Assembly: GCA_018238155.1 (NCBI GenBank)
Contig: JABCTZ010000019.1
Coordinates: 1-64,000, forward strand
DNA: 64,000 nucleotides
Direction: 5' to 3'
Source: Candidatus Heimdallarchaeota archaeon
Lineage (GTDB): Archaea > Asgardarchaeota > Heimdallarchaeia > JABLTI01
A program made the translations under genes and the position numbers. The notes under the pieces are model-generated. The model was not told the origin of the DNA. It ran no database searches and saw nothing but the letters and a program-made list of their open reading frames with translations. This document shows, in pieces, positions 1-10,399 of this stretch (the stretch's first letter is position 1; the number at the start of each line of letters is the position of its first letter).

Positions 1-2246
1 TTGATATTTGCATAAGCAGAAGAGGAGGATAGACCATAGGTATTAACCCACCAAGTATATTCAGCCTTATCACTTATGCCGTCATTGTCTGTGTCAGAAT
101 CTGTTGGATTGGTTTCAGAAGTGAAGACTTCAAAATAATCTGACCAACCATCTCCATCTGTATCTGCAACATTTGGGTTAGTGTAATAATTTACTACTTC
201 TACTTTATCATTTAATCCGTCATTATCAGTATCTGTATCTCTTGGGTCACAATTATTGATGTACTCGTCAATATTTGTTAATCCATCGCCATCTGCATCA
301 CTTTGAGCATCATCAATTAGAGGGAATAAATTATTAGCAACTTCCCAACCATCGTTCATTCCATCATTGTCAGTATCATTGTCATTTGGATCAGTTCCTT
401 CTTGATATTCCTCATAATTGGTTAAACCATCAATATCTGGATTATTGTTTGCATCATTCACTAATGGATTAAGAGAATTATCAATCTCCCAACCATCAGG
501 CATCAAATCATCATCTGTATCAATGTCAAGTGGGTTTGTGCCAATACTCACTTCAAAGCCATCATCCAATCCATCATTATCAGTATCTGCTTTGTTTGGA
601 TCCGTTCCTGTTGTATATATTTCATATCCATCTTCCCAAGCGTCATTATCTGTAGTTTTATCCAAAGGATCAGTAAAGTAATTATAAATCTCTTGACCAT
701 CTGTTAAACCATCCCCATCGGTATCTGAATTTAATGGATCTGTATTATAAATACAAATTTCTCTGAAATCATTTAAATCATCATTATCGGTATCATCATC
801 AAGAGGATTTGTTCCATATATTAAAATTTCATCGCCATCTGATAAATAATCGGAATCTGTAGTCCAACTAAAAGGATTAGTGTCATATCCATAGAGTTCA
901 TTAAATTCTTCTATATCTGATAAACCATCACTATCAAAATCTTGAACACCTAAAAGTCCAGCAACATTAAGTATTCCGTTCCCATAATATTTCCAGTAAT
1001 ATTCTTCACTCTGAAATGGGTCATATTCCTTAGCGGGGATTGCAAGACCCTTTAAGTAATTTTCAATGTCAATGTTATTCCAACCAGCATTCATCAATAA
1101 TGCAATTGAACCTGCTACAATTGGAGTGGAAAAACTCGTCCCATGTAATCCAGTTACTATAAGAGGTTCCAACTCTGAATATTCATCAACAGCACAATAA
1201 TAAGCTGAAGTTAAATCACAAGCTGTTGCCATTATTTCCAAATCAGTTTCTTGTTTATTAAATTCATTATACCCATTATACCCGCTAAGAATTCTTTGGC
1301 CAGGTGTTAGTGTACCACCTAAAGTTCCAAAATAATAATCTCCGTCTGATATGCTGCCTATGCCAATTATACCATCAAAGTTTCCCATAGAACCATAACA
1401 TAAATCAGTACTTAAATCATGTTGTATATCATTTCCTGTTGAAATTGTAAACATTACATCCCAGTCAAGAATAAGTGAGAGAATCTTTGCTCGTAGTGGG
1501 GTATTATAGCTGTTATCAGATGGATCTCCATTTGAACTAATTGTTATAATGTCAATATTGCCACCATCTTCGATATATTGGTAAGCTCAATCAAGTGCAC
1601 TCATATGAGCCACAGCAAGAAGATCACGTCTCGCAACGTTTACTCCCATAGAAATTATGTTTGCTTCTGGTGCTACTTGTTTTATTAGCCCTGCAATAGA
1701 AGTCCCGTGATTTAGATCCGATGCCCTAAAATCATCAGTACCGAAATCGAAATGATTAGGAAAATTACCAGTATAAGTTGGTGCTGATTGTGGATTGCCT
1801 ATTGTAAATTCATAATTATCACATGGAATTACATATAACAACTACTCTGTTAGTGACACGTATCCATCTTGAGTGAATATTTCATGTCTATAATCTACTG
1901 GAGTGTCAATAACTAAAACATCAATACCTGTACCTTTAGATACACTATGGGAAGAAAAGATATTGTGAAAATTCATCATCGATATGTCATATATTGATTC
2001 AGAGGTTGTATGTGTTGATATTATGATATCAGATAAATCATCATCTTGTACTACATTTATTGAGGTTTCAAGAAGAAACTCTTTTTCTTTAATATAATTA
2101 TTAATAATGTTATTTTCAGATTTGGAAATTCCTTCTTCGCTTAAAAAACATTGATATCCTTTATTCGTTGTAATTAAAAAATTTGAAAACAAGGATATTA
2201 TTGAAATAAATATTATTATGTATTTAACAAAAGTATTTCTTTTCAT
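1..2246 (-). pseudogene. Secreted S8 (subtilisin-like) serine protease with C-terminal DxDxDG Ca-binding (TSP3-like) repeats; interrupted by two in-frame stops; runs off the left edge
   Basis: ORFs 1842-2246, 1587-1841 and an open frame from 1586 to <1 are all in one frame. Triad motifs are VIDTPVD, HGTSIAG and GTSFSTPIVAG, followed by many DSDGDG/DTDNDG repeats. Stops are TAG 1842-1844 and TGA 1587-1589. Confidence 0.85.
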
Positions 2247-2319
2247 ATTCTCACCCTTTTATTTCTTATTCAATATTAAAAGGTTGATAAACATAGGAAG
2301 GACTCTATTTAAATTTTTT

Positions 2320-3699
2320 TCATTTTTTTTTCTTTAATAAAACAAAAGAAATAAATGAACCTAAAACGAATGTAATACTAATTGGGATTACAACATATAG
2401 GAAATTTAAATTTTTGTTTATCCTTCCATTTATAAAATATATTTCCCAAGATCCTTCATGTGAGTAATCATTCCAGATTATAAAAAATTGATTGGTATCT
2501 ATAACAATTTGTGGAAAAAAAAGTACTAGTTCTTGATCTGAAATAATAAAATTGTCTGACCAACCTTTCCCTTCAACAAAATATATGAAAAGAATTTTCT
2601 CGCTTTCGTACCAAGTTATATATTGATTATTATATCTATCAGAATATACCGATGGATGAAATCCATCGTTTGAAGAGTTAATTTTCTTAATTTCACTTAG
2701 GTTGCCAGAATTAATATTTCTGTAATAGATATTGTAATATGGATATGTACTATCTTCCCAAACAATATGTAAAATATCATTTTCATCAAGTGTTATTGAA
2801 GGTCGCTGTGATATAATATCATCAGGATTACTAACAATTATTGAAGAATTAAGTGTCCAGTTATTGTCTAAGATCTTTTTATATTGTATTTCAGGATATG
2901 TTGAATTTGTAGTACCTTGTACCCAAACCAAATGCATGTTATTAGATGCATCTATTGCTAAATTTGGTGAGAGTGAAGCACGTGAACTATTTGTAATCTG
3001 TTGTATATTAGTCCATTTATCATTAATTAATGAATATGATCTAAAGAATAACTCGTAATTTTGAGTTTTGTTTTTATTATTCCACACAAAGTGAATATTT
3101 TCATCTTTATCAACAACTAAATCATGAGCAAAAGTAGTTTTATTTAGTTGTACAACAGTTTTCACATCCCCCCAATAACTTCCATTGTAATATCGATATT
3201 TTAGATAATTTTGTGTACCTCTCTCTCGCCATATTACATGAATTCTATTTCTTGAATCTAATTTAATAATAGGATATTGTGAATATTTGTTTTTAACGCC
3301 TTCTGAGATGATAGTTATATTTGACCAATTTTCGTCAGCAATACTATAATTTCTATAAATGATGTCTTCTCTGTAATACCTACTACTATACCAAACGGTA
3401 TGTATAATTCCATTATCATCTAACGCAATATCTGGAAGAAAAGCTCCTTCATTATATTCCTCTGAAATTTTATAAGCATCAAAAATCTTAATCTTTGAAT
3501 TTTTACTAATGCTATAAAAAGAACCATGACTATTATTGTTAATTGATCCCAACTTTTTATAAGATGATGTGTTTGAAATTTTAGGTTTTGTATTCTGTAG
3601 AACATTACTAAATAAGAGTAGAAGCAAGAAAATATTACATAATTTAGCAAAAGTGAGTTTATTTTTGTAAATACTTCTCTTTTCGTTTTTATTTTTCAT
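2320..3699 (-). CDS. Surface protein with repeated IHxVW beta-propeller (BNR/sialidase-like) blades and C-terminal TM anchor
   Basis: N-terminal hydrophobic segment, repeated P.I..D....IH.VW units, C-terminal TM followed by KKKK. Confidence 0.7.
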   Translation of the reverse strand: MKNKNEKRSIYKNKLTFAKLCNIFLLLLLFSNVLQNTKPKISNTSSYKKLGSINNNSHGSFYSISKNSKIKIFDAYKISEEYNEGAFLPDIALDDNGIIHTVWYSSRYYREDIIYRNYSIADENWSNITIISEGVKNKYSQYPIIKLDSRNRIHVIWRERGTQNYLKYRYYNGSYWGDVKTVVQLNKTTFAHDLVVDKDENIHFVWNNKNKTQNYELFFRSYSLINDKWTNIQQITNSSRASLSPNLAIDASNNMHLVWVQGTTNSTYPEIQYKKILDNNWTLNSSIIVSNPDDIISQRPSITLDENDILHIVWEDSTYPYYNIYYRNINSGNLSEIKKINSSNDGFHPSVYSDRYNNQYITWYESEKILFIYFVEGKGWSDNFIISDQELVLFFPQIVIDTNQFFIIWNDYSHEGSWEIYFINGRINKNLNFLYVVIPISITFVLGSFISFVLLKKKK

Positions 3700-3822
3700 A
3701 TTTTCTCTAACCTAATTTCCATCTCTGTTTACTATTAAAATTCCGAATTTAAATTTGTTGTGTTTTATCTCTCAAGTAGAATTAGTTTTTGTTATAGTGG
3801 TAACTCTCGAGAGTGATAATGA

Positions 3823-4596
3823 ATGGATTCAAATGAGAAGTATTATAGTTTCAAAAAAAATCCACAATTGGAATTACTTATGGGATTTGTTATAATATCA
3901 ATTATATTTTCTACTTGTTGTGTAATCTATCATTATTTAGATAAATTCATTTTTGATAAAAGAGACAACATAATGCCTATTAGTAATCCTAATGATTATG
4001 CAACTGTCAAACTTCTTAATGTAGTAGTAATTTTTCTTTGCCTGATTGTCATAGCATTTCTCCTATGGGGGTTATGGGAAGGACTCCGAATCTTCTTCCA
4101 AAGAGAAAGAGTCGTATTAGCAAAAATCACTCGAATATCAACCGAACAAATCGGAGAATTTGAAGACTCAACCGACTTCACCAATGCTTCTCTTTCTAAA
4201 GCTCTTGCGAAAAATTTCAAACAAGTAACTATTCATCAAAAAACTTCCAAAGGAAGAATAGAGAAAATCTGTATCTATGCCTCACAAGCAAAAGTCTTTT
4301 TTTATCCGTCTTCTTCGGATATTTTTTCTCATTTAGCAGGAACATTCAGCAATTTTGGTATGGAGATCATTCCTTTTGAACAAGGAGATTTCGATGACTA
4401 TCAGAAGGATTTCGATTTACAGTACGGGAATCCTACTAAATTCCAAGTGAAAGGGTTAAGCATTGTCGGTGAACCTGCTAACCAGCACATCAAAAATTTT
4501 GTTACTCCTGTAGATGGCCTTGTCGAAAGAATAGTAAAATTAAGTCAAGATGTTGAGATCCAAAGAAGGAAACTAAACCTCTCTTTACAACAGTAG
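3823..4596 (+). CDS. Hypothetical membrane protein (2 N-terminal TM segments)
   Basis: 257-aa ORF with two hydrophobic helices and a soluble C-terminal domain. Confidence 0.55.
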   Translation: MDSNEKYYSFKKNPQLELLMGFVIISIIFSTCCVIYHYLDKFIFDKRDNIMPISNPNDYATVKLLNVVVIFLCLIVIAFLLWGLWEGLRIFFQRERVVLAKITRISTEQIGEFEDSTDFTNASLSKALAKNFKQVTIHQKTSKGRIEKICIYASQAKVFFYPSSSDIFSHLAGTFSNFGMEIIPFEQGDFDDYQKDFDLQYGNPTKFQVKGLSIVGEPANQHIKNFVTPVDGLVERIVKLSQDVEIQRRKLNLSLQQ

Positions 4597-4601
4597 GTAA
4601 A

Positions 4602-5564
4602 TTGGTCTATGGTAAGAATCAGTATCCTACTATCTTACGAGGATTCCGAGGATTTGTTACAATCAGTTGTGTGGTGTTTTCAGAAGAACAACTAAAGAGG
4701 AAAATAGAACCATTTCTCCAGAAATCATTCTTGGGTTCAAAGACTACTGAAGGGTATGGTAGAGTCATTTGGGAATCATGTGAAATCAAGGACTTCACAA
4801 AACCAATTCCTACTGTAACAGTTCCTTTGTTTGAGAAATGTCCTCAATGCAAGAATTCAACAACAATCTATGATAAAAATTCTAAACTCAAACGATGCAC
4901 TTCTTGTAATCAGACATGGCAGTATAAGAAATTCAAAATTCGAGCTGGTTTACGAACAGATTACCCTGAGGAATTACAAAGATTACTTATTGCACTCATG
5001 CTACACGATTTTGTCCACACAGAGAAACACAAAAGTAAGATTTACCAACAAATAACCATAGAAGATGAGAAAATAAGTGAAGCTTGTCTAAACCACCACA
5101 ATGGAGAAGGGTGTACCAATATGCTCTTACCAATAGTGCAGTATTACGATAGACTTGCCTCTTACATCTCTCGAAAGAAACCATTCAAAACCGATTTTCG
5201 ATATAATAAATTAGAAGGGAAAATTGATTTCAAACAGTTGAAACAAGCAATCGAAGAAAAACAAAACAATTATGTAAAACTATATTCCTATATCCACAAC
5301 TCAAAAGAATTAAACAGAATTGTAGAATCAATGTTCTACAGTAATAGCCGTTTGCGAAATCATCTATTAATGATGGTGAACTTGGCAATAAATGATTATT
5401 ATAACCAAAAATTAATAATAACCAATGGAAATATCTCAATGTCGGTAAGTGAAAGAGAAGAGCTCGACACTACTATGGATGCTGAGATGCATTCCTTCAC
5501 TGACCATGATAATGCTGACTCTGAGAGGACAATCACCTCAAAGAAGAGAAGGCTTGAAGCATAG
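4602..5564 (+). CDS. Orphan Cas5-like RAMP-HD nuclease fusion, paralogue of 18483-19466; N-terminally short, with a Zn-ribbon insertion
   Basis: RGFV...FLGSKTTEGYGRV Gly-rich RAMP loop; CPQC...CTSC insert; LMLHDF, CLNHH, YYDRLA and LRNHL HD motifs; clear similarity to 18483-19466. Confidence 0.75.
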   Translation: MVYGKNQYPTILRGFRGFVTISCVVFSEEQLKRKIEPFLQKSFLGSKTTEGYGRVIWESCEIKDFTKPIPTVTVPLFEKCPQCKNSTTIYDKNSKLKRCTSCNQTWQYKKFKIRAGLRTDYPEELQRLLIALMLHDFVHTEKHKSKIYQQITIEDEKISEACLNHHNGEGCTNMLLPIVQYYDRLASYISRKKPFKTDFRYNKLEGKIDFKQLKQAIEEKQNNYVKLYSYIHNSKELNRIVESMFYSNSRLRNHLLMMVNLAINDYYNQKLIITNGNISMSVSEREELDTTMDAEMHSFTDHDNADSERTITSKKRRLEA

Positions 5565-5595
5565 GCAGAGAAGTAGGTAGACAAGAAAATCTACT
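5433..5595 (+). ncRNA. Putative structured ncRNA overlapping the 3' end of the RAMP-HD gene (copy 1)
   Basis: Collinear with 19380-19542 at offset 13947; four hairpins preserved by compensatory and G-U changes. Confidence 0.6.
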
Positions 5596-5607
5596 GGTGA
5601 TAAACAA

Positions 5608-6330
5608 ATGACCTATTGTCCAAGATGTGGTGTAGAAGTGGAAGCAAACAAAATAAAATGCCCACTATGTAATACCACCTTACAACCACTTGATGAAGAA
5701 CAACCAAATTATCAAAGTAAATATCCAGATGATGTTCAAAAGGATGAACAAAAACAACCAAAAGCGAAGAAAAAGAAAAGACTGCTAGCTTTTGAAATTA
5801 CAAGCGTTGTACTAGTTATCCCACTAATAGTATCTATAACAACAAATCTCATAATCGATGGAATAATAACTTGGTCGCTATATCCAATTGCATCACTGCT
5901 ACTTGCTTGGTTTATGATTTCCGCACCACTACTATTTCCAAAGAAAATAGCTATAATCGCAGTGGGTGAATTTATTCCGTTATTAGTTTACTTTTTAGTA
6001 ATTGATATAATAGATAATGGAACATTGAATTGGTATGTAAGAGTTGCCTTGCCAATAATTGCTTCAATAGGAGTAGCAGGGTTCATAATTGCATTTGGAA
6101 CTATAAAATCAAAAAATAAGGGATTGAATATACCCGCTTACATCTTATTTGGAGCAAGTATAATTTGTCTAATAGTTGATGTATGTCTAACAAGCTACAT
6201 TAATAACACACTCGGATTGGAATGGTCATTATATATTCTAGTGCCTGCTGTGCTAACAGGAGGATTCTTACTCTATCTGCATTTCCGTGTCACAAAAAAT
6301 AAGGATCTAAAAAGAAGATTACAATCATAA
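5608..6330 (+). CDS. Zinc-ribbon multi-TM membrane protein (DUF6320-like)
   Basis: YCPRCGV...CPLC N-terminus followed by about 6 TM helices. Confidence 0.7.
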   Translation: MTYCPRCGVEVEANKIKCPLCNTTLQPLDEEQPNYQSKYPDDVQKDEQKQPKAKKKKRLLAFEITSVVLVIPLIVSITTNLIIDGIITWSLYPIASLLLAWFMISAPLLFPKKIAIIAVGEFIPLLVYFLVIDIIDNGTLNWYVRVALPIIASIGVAGFIIAFGTIKSKNKGLNIPAYILFGASIICLIVDVCLTSYINNTLGLEWSLYILVPAVLTGGFLLYLHFRVTKNKDLKRRLQS

Positions 6331-6477
6331 GAAAATGAGCGAATCACTTGATTATTGGAATTGAGAAAAGAGCTTTCCAATAATTATTTCTAATCTAATA
6401 AAGAGTAATTTTATTGATATTTCATTACTTAGCTTTAAATAATGGTGAATAAAATAATTTAATGGAGATAACTGTTA

Positions 6478-6864
6478 TTGGATGATTCTAACCAAGAAAA
6501 AGTTTGTAAGGTTTGTGGAAATTCGGACATCAATCGTTCTATAAGTGGTCGACCGAATAAACGTGATATCCCTCCATTTTATTGTTCTTACAAATGTAAA
6601 ACAATAAGTGAAAGGCATATAGAACTGGGTTATGCTATTTTATCTATTATCATAGGAATTGGAGGCATATATTATCTCAATCAACAATTCACTCATATTG
6701 CTGCTCCAATTATGGTAGGTGTTTTTGTAGGTATATTTTCACTAAAGTCTCTATCAAGAAGTATCTATGGATATATTACCAATAGTAAAAGGAATAAACG
6801 TGAATTGGAACCAAATTATTCAGAAGATGTGAGCTCAAATCAAATAAAAAATGAATGGGTGTAA
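6478..6864 (+). CDS. Small Zn-binding membrane protein
   Basis: CKVC...YCSYKC followed by two TM helices. Confidence 0.6.
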   Translation: MDDSNQEKVCKVCGNSDINRSISGRPNKRDIPPFYCSYKCKTISERHIELGYAILSIIIGIGGIYYLNQQFTHIAAPIMVGVFVGIFSLKSLSRSIYGYITNSKRNKRELEPNYSEDVSSNQIKNEWV

Positions 6865-7097
6865 TGAAGCGGGTCACTAATTTTGTTGAACGAAAGAGAT
6901 GAAGGGGTCATCTCTAACTAAAGATTACTAATTCATTTATTTTTGATCTTTTTTCTGTAGATTAGTAGACACAGTACAACTACCAATACAGCAAATACAG
7001 GTACCCTGCGCTTCACTATCATCATCTTCTCAAGTAAAAGAAAGAACAGATGTAGAAGAAGGATTTTTTTCTGAAAATCGACTTTTACTTTAGGTAT

Positions 7098-7925
7098 TCA
7101 TAATTGATTCTCAAGAAGAAATTCAGTTAATACTCTGTTAAATTCCTTGGGGTTTTCCAAATTTGAAGTATGACCTGCATTATGAATAATTGCCATTGAG
7201 GAATGCTCTATTAATTCGTTCATTTTATTAGCATGTTTAAAAACAGCTTTTGATTCAAATTCACCATTAATTAGTAAAGTGGGAACATTGACTTGAGAAA
7301 GATCTTGAATTTTATAATCATAAATCGCACTAAATATCTTGTTAAATTCCTTAACAGTAAATCTGTTCATTTCTCCTTTTTCATAGTCAATAATACTATC
7401 ATCCTCACCAACCCACTTCTTCCCTCGAGACACTTTGGCAAACCAAAAAGCAAAGTTAGTATATCGTTTTACTCCAAATATTCGCACTATTAGTAGAAAC
7501 AACCATTTTGGGGCAAAAAGATACTTTAGTAGCTTATCGCCGAATGTAAGTTCAGAAGAAATTGCGGTATCAGATAGAATAAGTGCTTTAATACCATAAT
7601 CAGAGAATTTTGTTGCTAAAACTTGAGCAACCATTCCACCCATTGAAAGTCCAACGATAATTGGATTTCTTATTTGAAGCTTTTCTAACATCTCTTTCAA
7701 ATCAAAAGCAAATAACTCCATTGAATATCTCTTCTTCAAAGAACCGCCAGTACGTCCATGACCTCGAATATCAAAAGTAATAACTTGATAATTATTTGAA
7801 AAATGTTTCACTTGGGGCGCCCACATCTTGTGACTGACCCAGCCACCATGAATAAAAAGCAAAGGATGTCCTTTGCCAAGAATTTCATAATAAATATCAA
7901 TATCACTAATAGCTATTTTTGGCAT
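7098..7925 (-). CDS. Alpha/beta hydrolase
   Basis: FIHGG, DIRGHG, GLSMGG nucleophile elbow, AGH. Confidence 0.9.
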   Translation of the reverse strand: MPKIAISDIDIYYEILGKGHPLLFIHGGWVSHKMWAPQVKHFSNNYQVITFDIRGHGRTGGSLKKRYSMELFAFDLKEMLEKLQIRNPIIVGLSMGGMVAQVLATKFSDYGIKALILSDTAISSELTFGDKLLKYLFAPKWLFLLIVRIFGVKRYTNFAFWFAKVSRGKKWVGEDDSIIDYEKGEMNRFTVKEFNKIFSAIYDYKIQDLSQVNVPTLLINGEFESKAVFKHANKMNELIEHSSMAIIHNAGHTSNLENPKEFNRVLTEFLLENQL

Positions 7926-8080
7926 AATAATACTTCTCTTTATTCATTTGAATAGGTTTCTCATAAGCATTAAATAAAATCAAAAAAAGGAAAATATTCC
8001 TTCAATGAGCATGATAATGGGTTACAAATAATTTGTAGTATAATTCAAATAACAGAAATAACATCATAATAAATCCAGAG

Positions 8081-8890
8081 TTGAGCATTGACGTGGAAAT
8101 TACGAATGTAATAGCTATTGTTGTATTCATTGGACCTACTCTAGGAATAATTGCTTTTCTAATAGGGATGAAATTAACAGGTATGGAACGAAGAAATTAT
8201 TCTGTTCGTAAATCAAGTGATATCGTTAATGGAAAAAAGGCAATTGAGATAGTTGAAAAATATAAGCCAATAATATATCAAACGGATAATATAGAGAAAG
8301 ATATTCAATTCCTTTTTTATGAGCTAGTGGAACAAAAGGAAAAAATAGTACTAATCTATAGACCAGTATGGAATGACGAAATACATCCTAACCCGATCAT
8401 TCACTCATTATACAAATACTTTAGATGGATTTTCTATGGATCAGTAAAAGACATAGAATTTATTGAAATTTATATTGACAAAAAAACAGGCGAAGTAGAA
8501 TCATTCAATTATGAAACTCTAACAGAAGGGTCTACAATAGAAGCTCCTGAACACGAATTCACAGAAATAGAGAAGAAAGGGGAAAAATACTACAACAAAA
8601 CGAAGGGAAAAGAACTTGGTTATAGTCCATTTGAAGAGTATCGATGCATTTTACAAGTGAAAACTTGGAATCATTTACTAAGCATCACAGAAAAACCTCA
8701 GGGAAAGAAGTTTGACAGTCCTGTAACACCCTTAACAAATTGGCTATTTAGGAAATATTCTATCTCAAGAAGATCAACCGGGTATATAAGAACAAAATCA
8801 AAGAAATGGGTGAAATATATGGTGTCATTTGTATTACTGATTGTTTTTGGTATTGGTTTCCCACTTGTACTGTATTCCATCCTTCTGTAA
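8081..8890 (+). CDS. Hypothetical membrane-anchored protein
   Basis: 269-aa ORF with N- and C-terminal TM segments. Confidence 0.6.
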   Translation: MSIDVEITNVIAIVVFIGPTLGIIAFLIGMKLTGMERRNYSVRKSSDIVNGKKAIEIVEKYKPIIYQTDNIEKDIQFLFYELVEQKEKIVLIYRPVWNDEIHPNPIIHSLYKYFRWIFYGSVKDIEFIEIYIDKKTGEVESFNYETLTEGSTIEAPEHEFTEIEKKGEKYYNKTKGKELGYSPFEEYRCILQVKTWNHLLSITEKPQGKKFDSPVTPLTNWLFRKYSISRRSTGYIRTKSKKWVKYMVSFVLLIVFGIGFPLVLYSILL

Positions 8891-8985
8891 TCAGCATGAA
8901 TTCCAATTAAGGTGGAAATATCTTCTCAACGTTAGCAAGGAAAAGAGGAGCAAAATTTCAACTTTGTTTTCTATAGGATGTTGAT

Positions 8986-9246
8986 TTAGAGGTTTGAATT
9001 TTCGGTCTGTTTGCTAGTTTTGCGCAATCGGCTAAAACTTACTCCAAAGATTATTGTTGGAATCAATGAGATAAGAAAAACAAAAGCCATAATTAACGTC
9101 ATTGTTGGTAAGATAAAGTATTCCTCAGTCAAACCCACAATAATAGTTCCAATAAGAAGAAATACTGATAAAATAAGGAAGATAATAAAGAAGCTAATCC
9201 TTCTTCTAATTCTTTTTGTTAGATTTTCTGCCAAAGTATTGAACAT
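8986..9246 (-). CDS. Small 2-TM membrane protein
   Basis: 86 aa, two hydrophobic helices. Confidence 0.5.
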   Translation of the reverse strand: MFNTLAENLTKRIRRRISFFIIFLILSVFLLIGTIIVGLTEEYFILPTMTLIMAFVFLISLIPTIIFGVSFSRLRKTSKQTENSNL

Positions 9247-9655
9247 CCATATTCTTTTCTAGAAATAACAACGTGAAAGTACTTTTTAAAGAAATCGTAA
9301 GAACAAAATAATTGATAGATGTTCTTTAAATATTACCAATTACAAGTACAACAACCTATATACTATAATCTCCTAAGTCAACCTCAAAATCTCTAAATGT
9401 CCTATAATTTTTAATATGAATGTGTTTAATTCTCACTATTTATATGCCCCAATATTAATCTTCGAAGTTTAAAATAGAATTAATTGTTGTTTATTATGTA
9501 AACAAAAATTAGCCCATTTTCCAAATTCATTATATCTATACCAACATTGTTTTTAAATATAATTCTGATGAAAAAATAATGAAGAACTCAATTTAATTAC
9601 TTGGCTTAAGAAAAATAAGACGAAAACAATAATATAGCTTTCTTTACCTTCTTCT

Positions 9656-10393
9656 TTACTCAATTTTACAAACATCTGTTAATCTACAATTCCAGCAAGA
9701 AGTTTCGATTAATGGAAATTTCTCTTGGGAAATCTCGGAGAGTATTCGTTGATAAGATTCTTGAAAAGATAATAACTCATCTACTTTCAATTCAAAGATT
9801 CTCTCAATTCCTGATTTGTAATAATAGCAACCAATTTCTACTACATTATACAAGAATTCATCATATTCCATATTTTCAGCCCTAAAGTTGTTTAACAAAT
9901 TTGCATAAAATACCAGTGCTAGCTTATCATTTTGATGAGGTTCAGATTTATAGTCAATTATTCTTAATCCATCTTTACTCTTGCACAATTCCACACAATC
10001 AATTATTCCTCTCTGCCTTTCTGTCATTAATCGTGACTCTGTTTGAACAGGTATCCAGTAATCAGAGTCTTCGAAATATTTTCTCTGTTGATACAACCAA
10101 TAAAGTAATTTTATTTGATTACTAGCAATTTCTTTTGGTGGTTCTGGTTCAGTTATTCTATTCCGATATTTTTTATGAAACGTTTCAAAGAATGAGTGTT
10201 TGATTATTCCATTCAAATTATCTCCACTATAATTACGCAGAACATAGCTAGAAGTGCTCCTTTTTGAATTCATGAAAGCCGTCTTGTAGGGTATTGGATT
10301 CAATATTCGATGAATGCGGAATTTCTGAAGGCACTCAAGATAATACAAATATTCCGTTTTGCTTAAATTTATTTCATAATCAAGAACTACCAT
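9656..10393 (-). CDS. Cas4-like PD-(D/E)xK nuclease
   Basis: N-terminal YLEC, RGIID...IIDYKS, LVFYA helix, C-terminal CWNCxxxxxC (four-Cys Fe-S staple of Cas4/RecB-type nucleases). Confidence 0.75.
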   Translation of the reverse strand: MVVLDYEINLSKTEYLYYLECLQKFRIHRILNPIPYKTAFMNSKRSTSSYVLRNYSGDNLNGIIKHSFFETFHKKYRNRITEPEPPKEIASNQIKLLYWLYQQRKYFEDSDYWIPVQTESRLMTERQRGIIDCVELCKSKDGLRIIDYKSEPHQNDKLALVFYANLLNNFRAENMEYDEFLYNVVEIGCYYYKSGIERIFELKVDELLSFQESYQRILSEISQEKFPLIETSCWNCRLTDVCKIE

Positions 10394-10399
10394 CCTTAT

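Noticed and set aside
60-960. Periodic DNA repeats as a non-coding array
   Set aside because: They are the coding DxDxDG calcium-binding repeats of the minus-strand protease; ORF 418-681(+) is their antisense shadow.
1587-1844. Alternative genetic code, selenocysteine or pyrrolysine recoding
   Set aside because: TGA and TAG end conserved housekeeping genes here (polB, coaD, uvrB), TGG is used for Trp in the same gene, and no Sec/Pyl context was seen.
9262-9655. CRISPR array downstream of cas4
   Set aside because: AT-rich intergenic DNA with no regularly spaced 25-40 nt repeats; none seen elsewhere in the window either.
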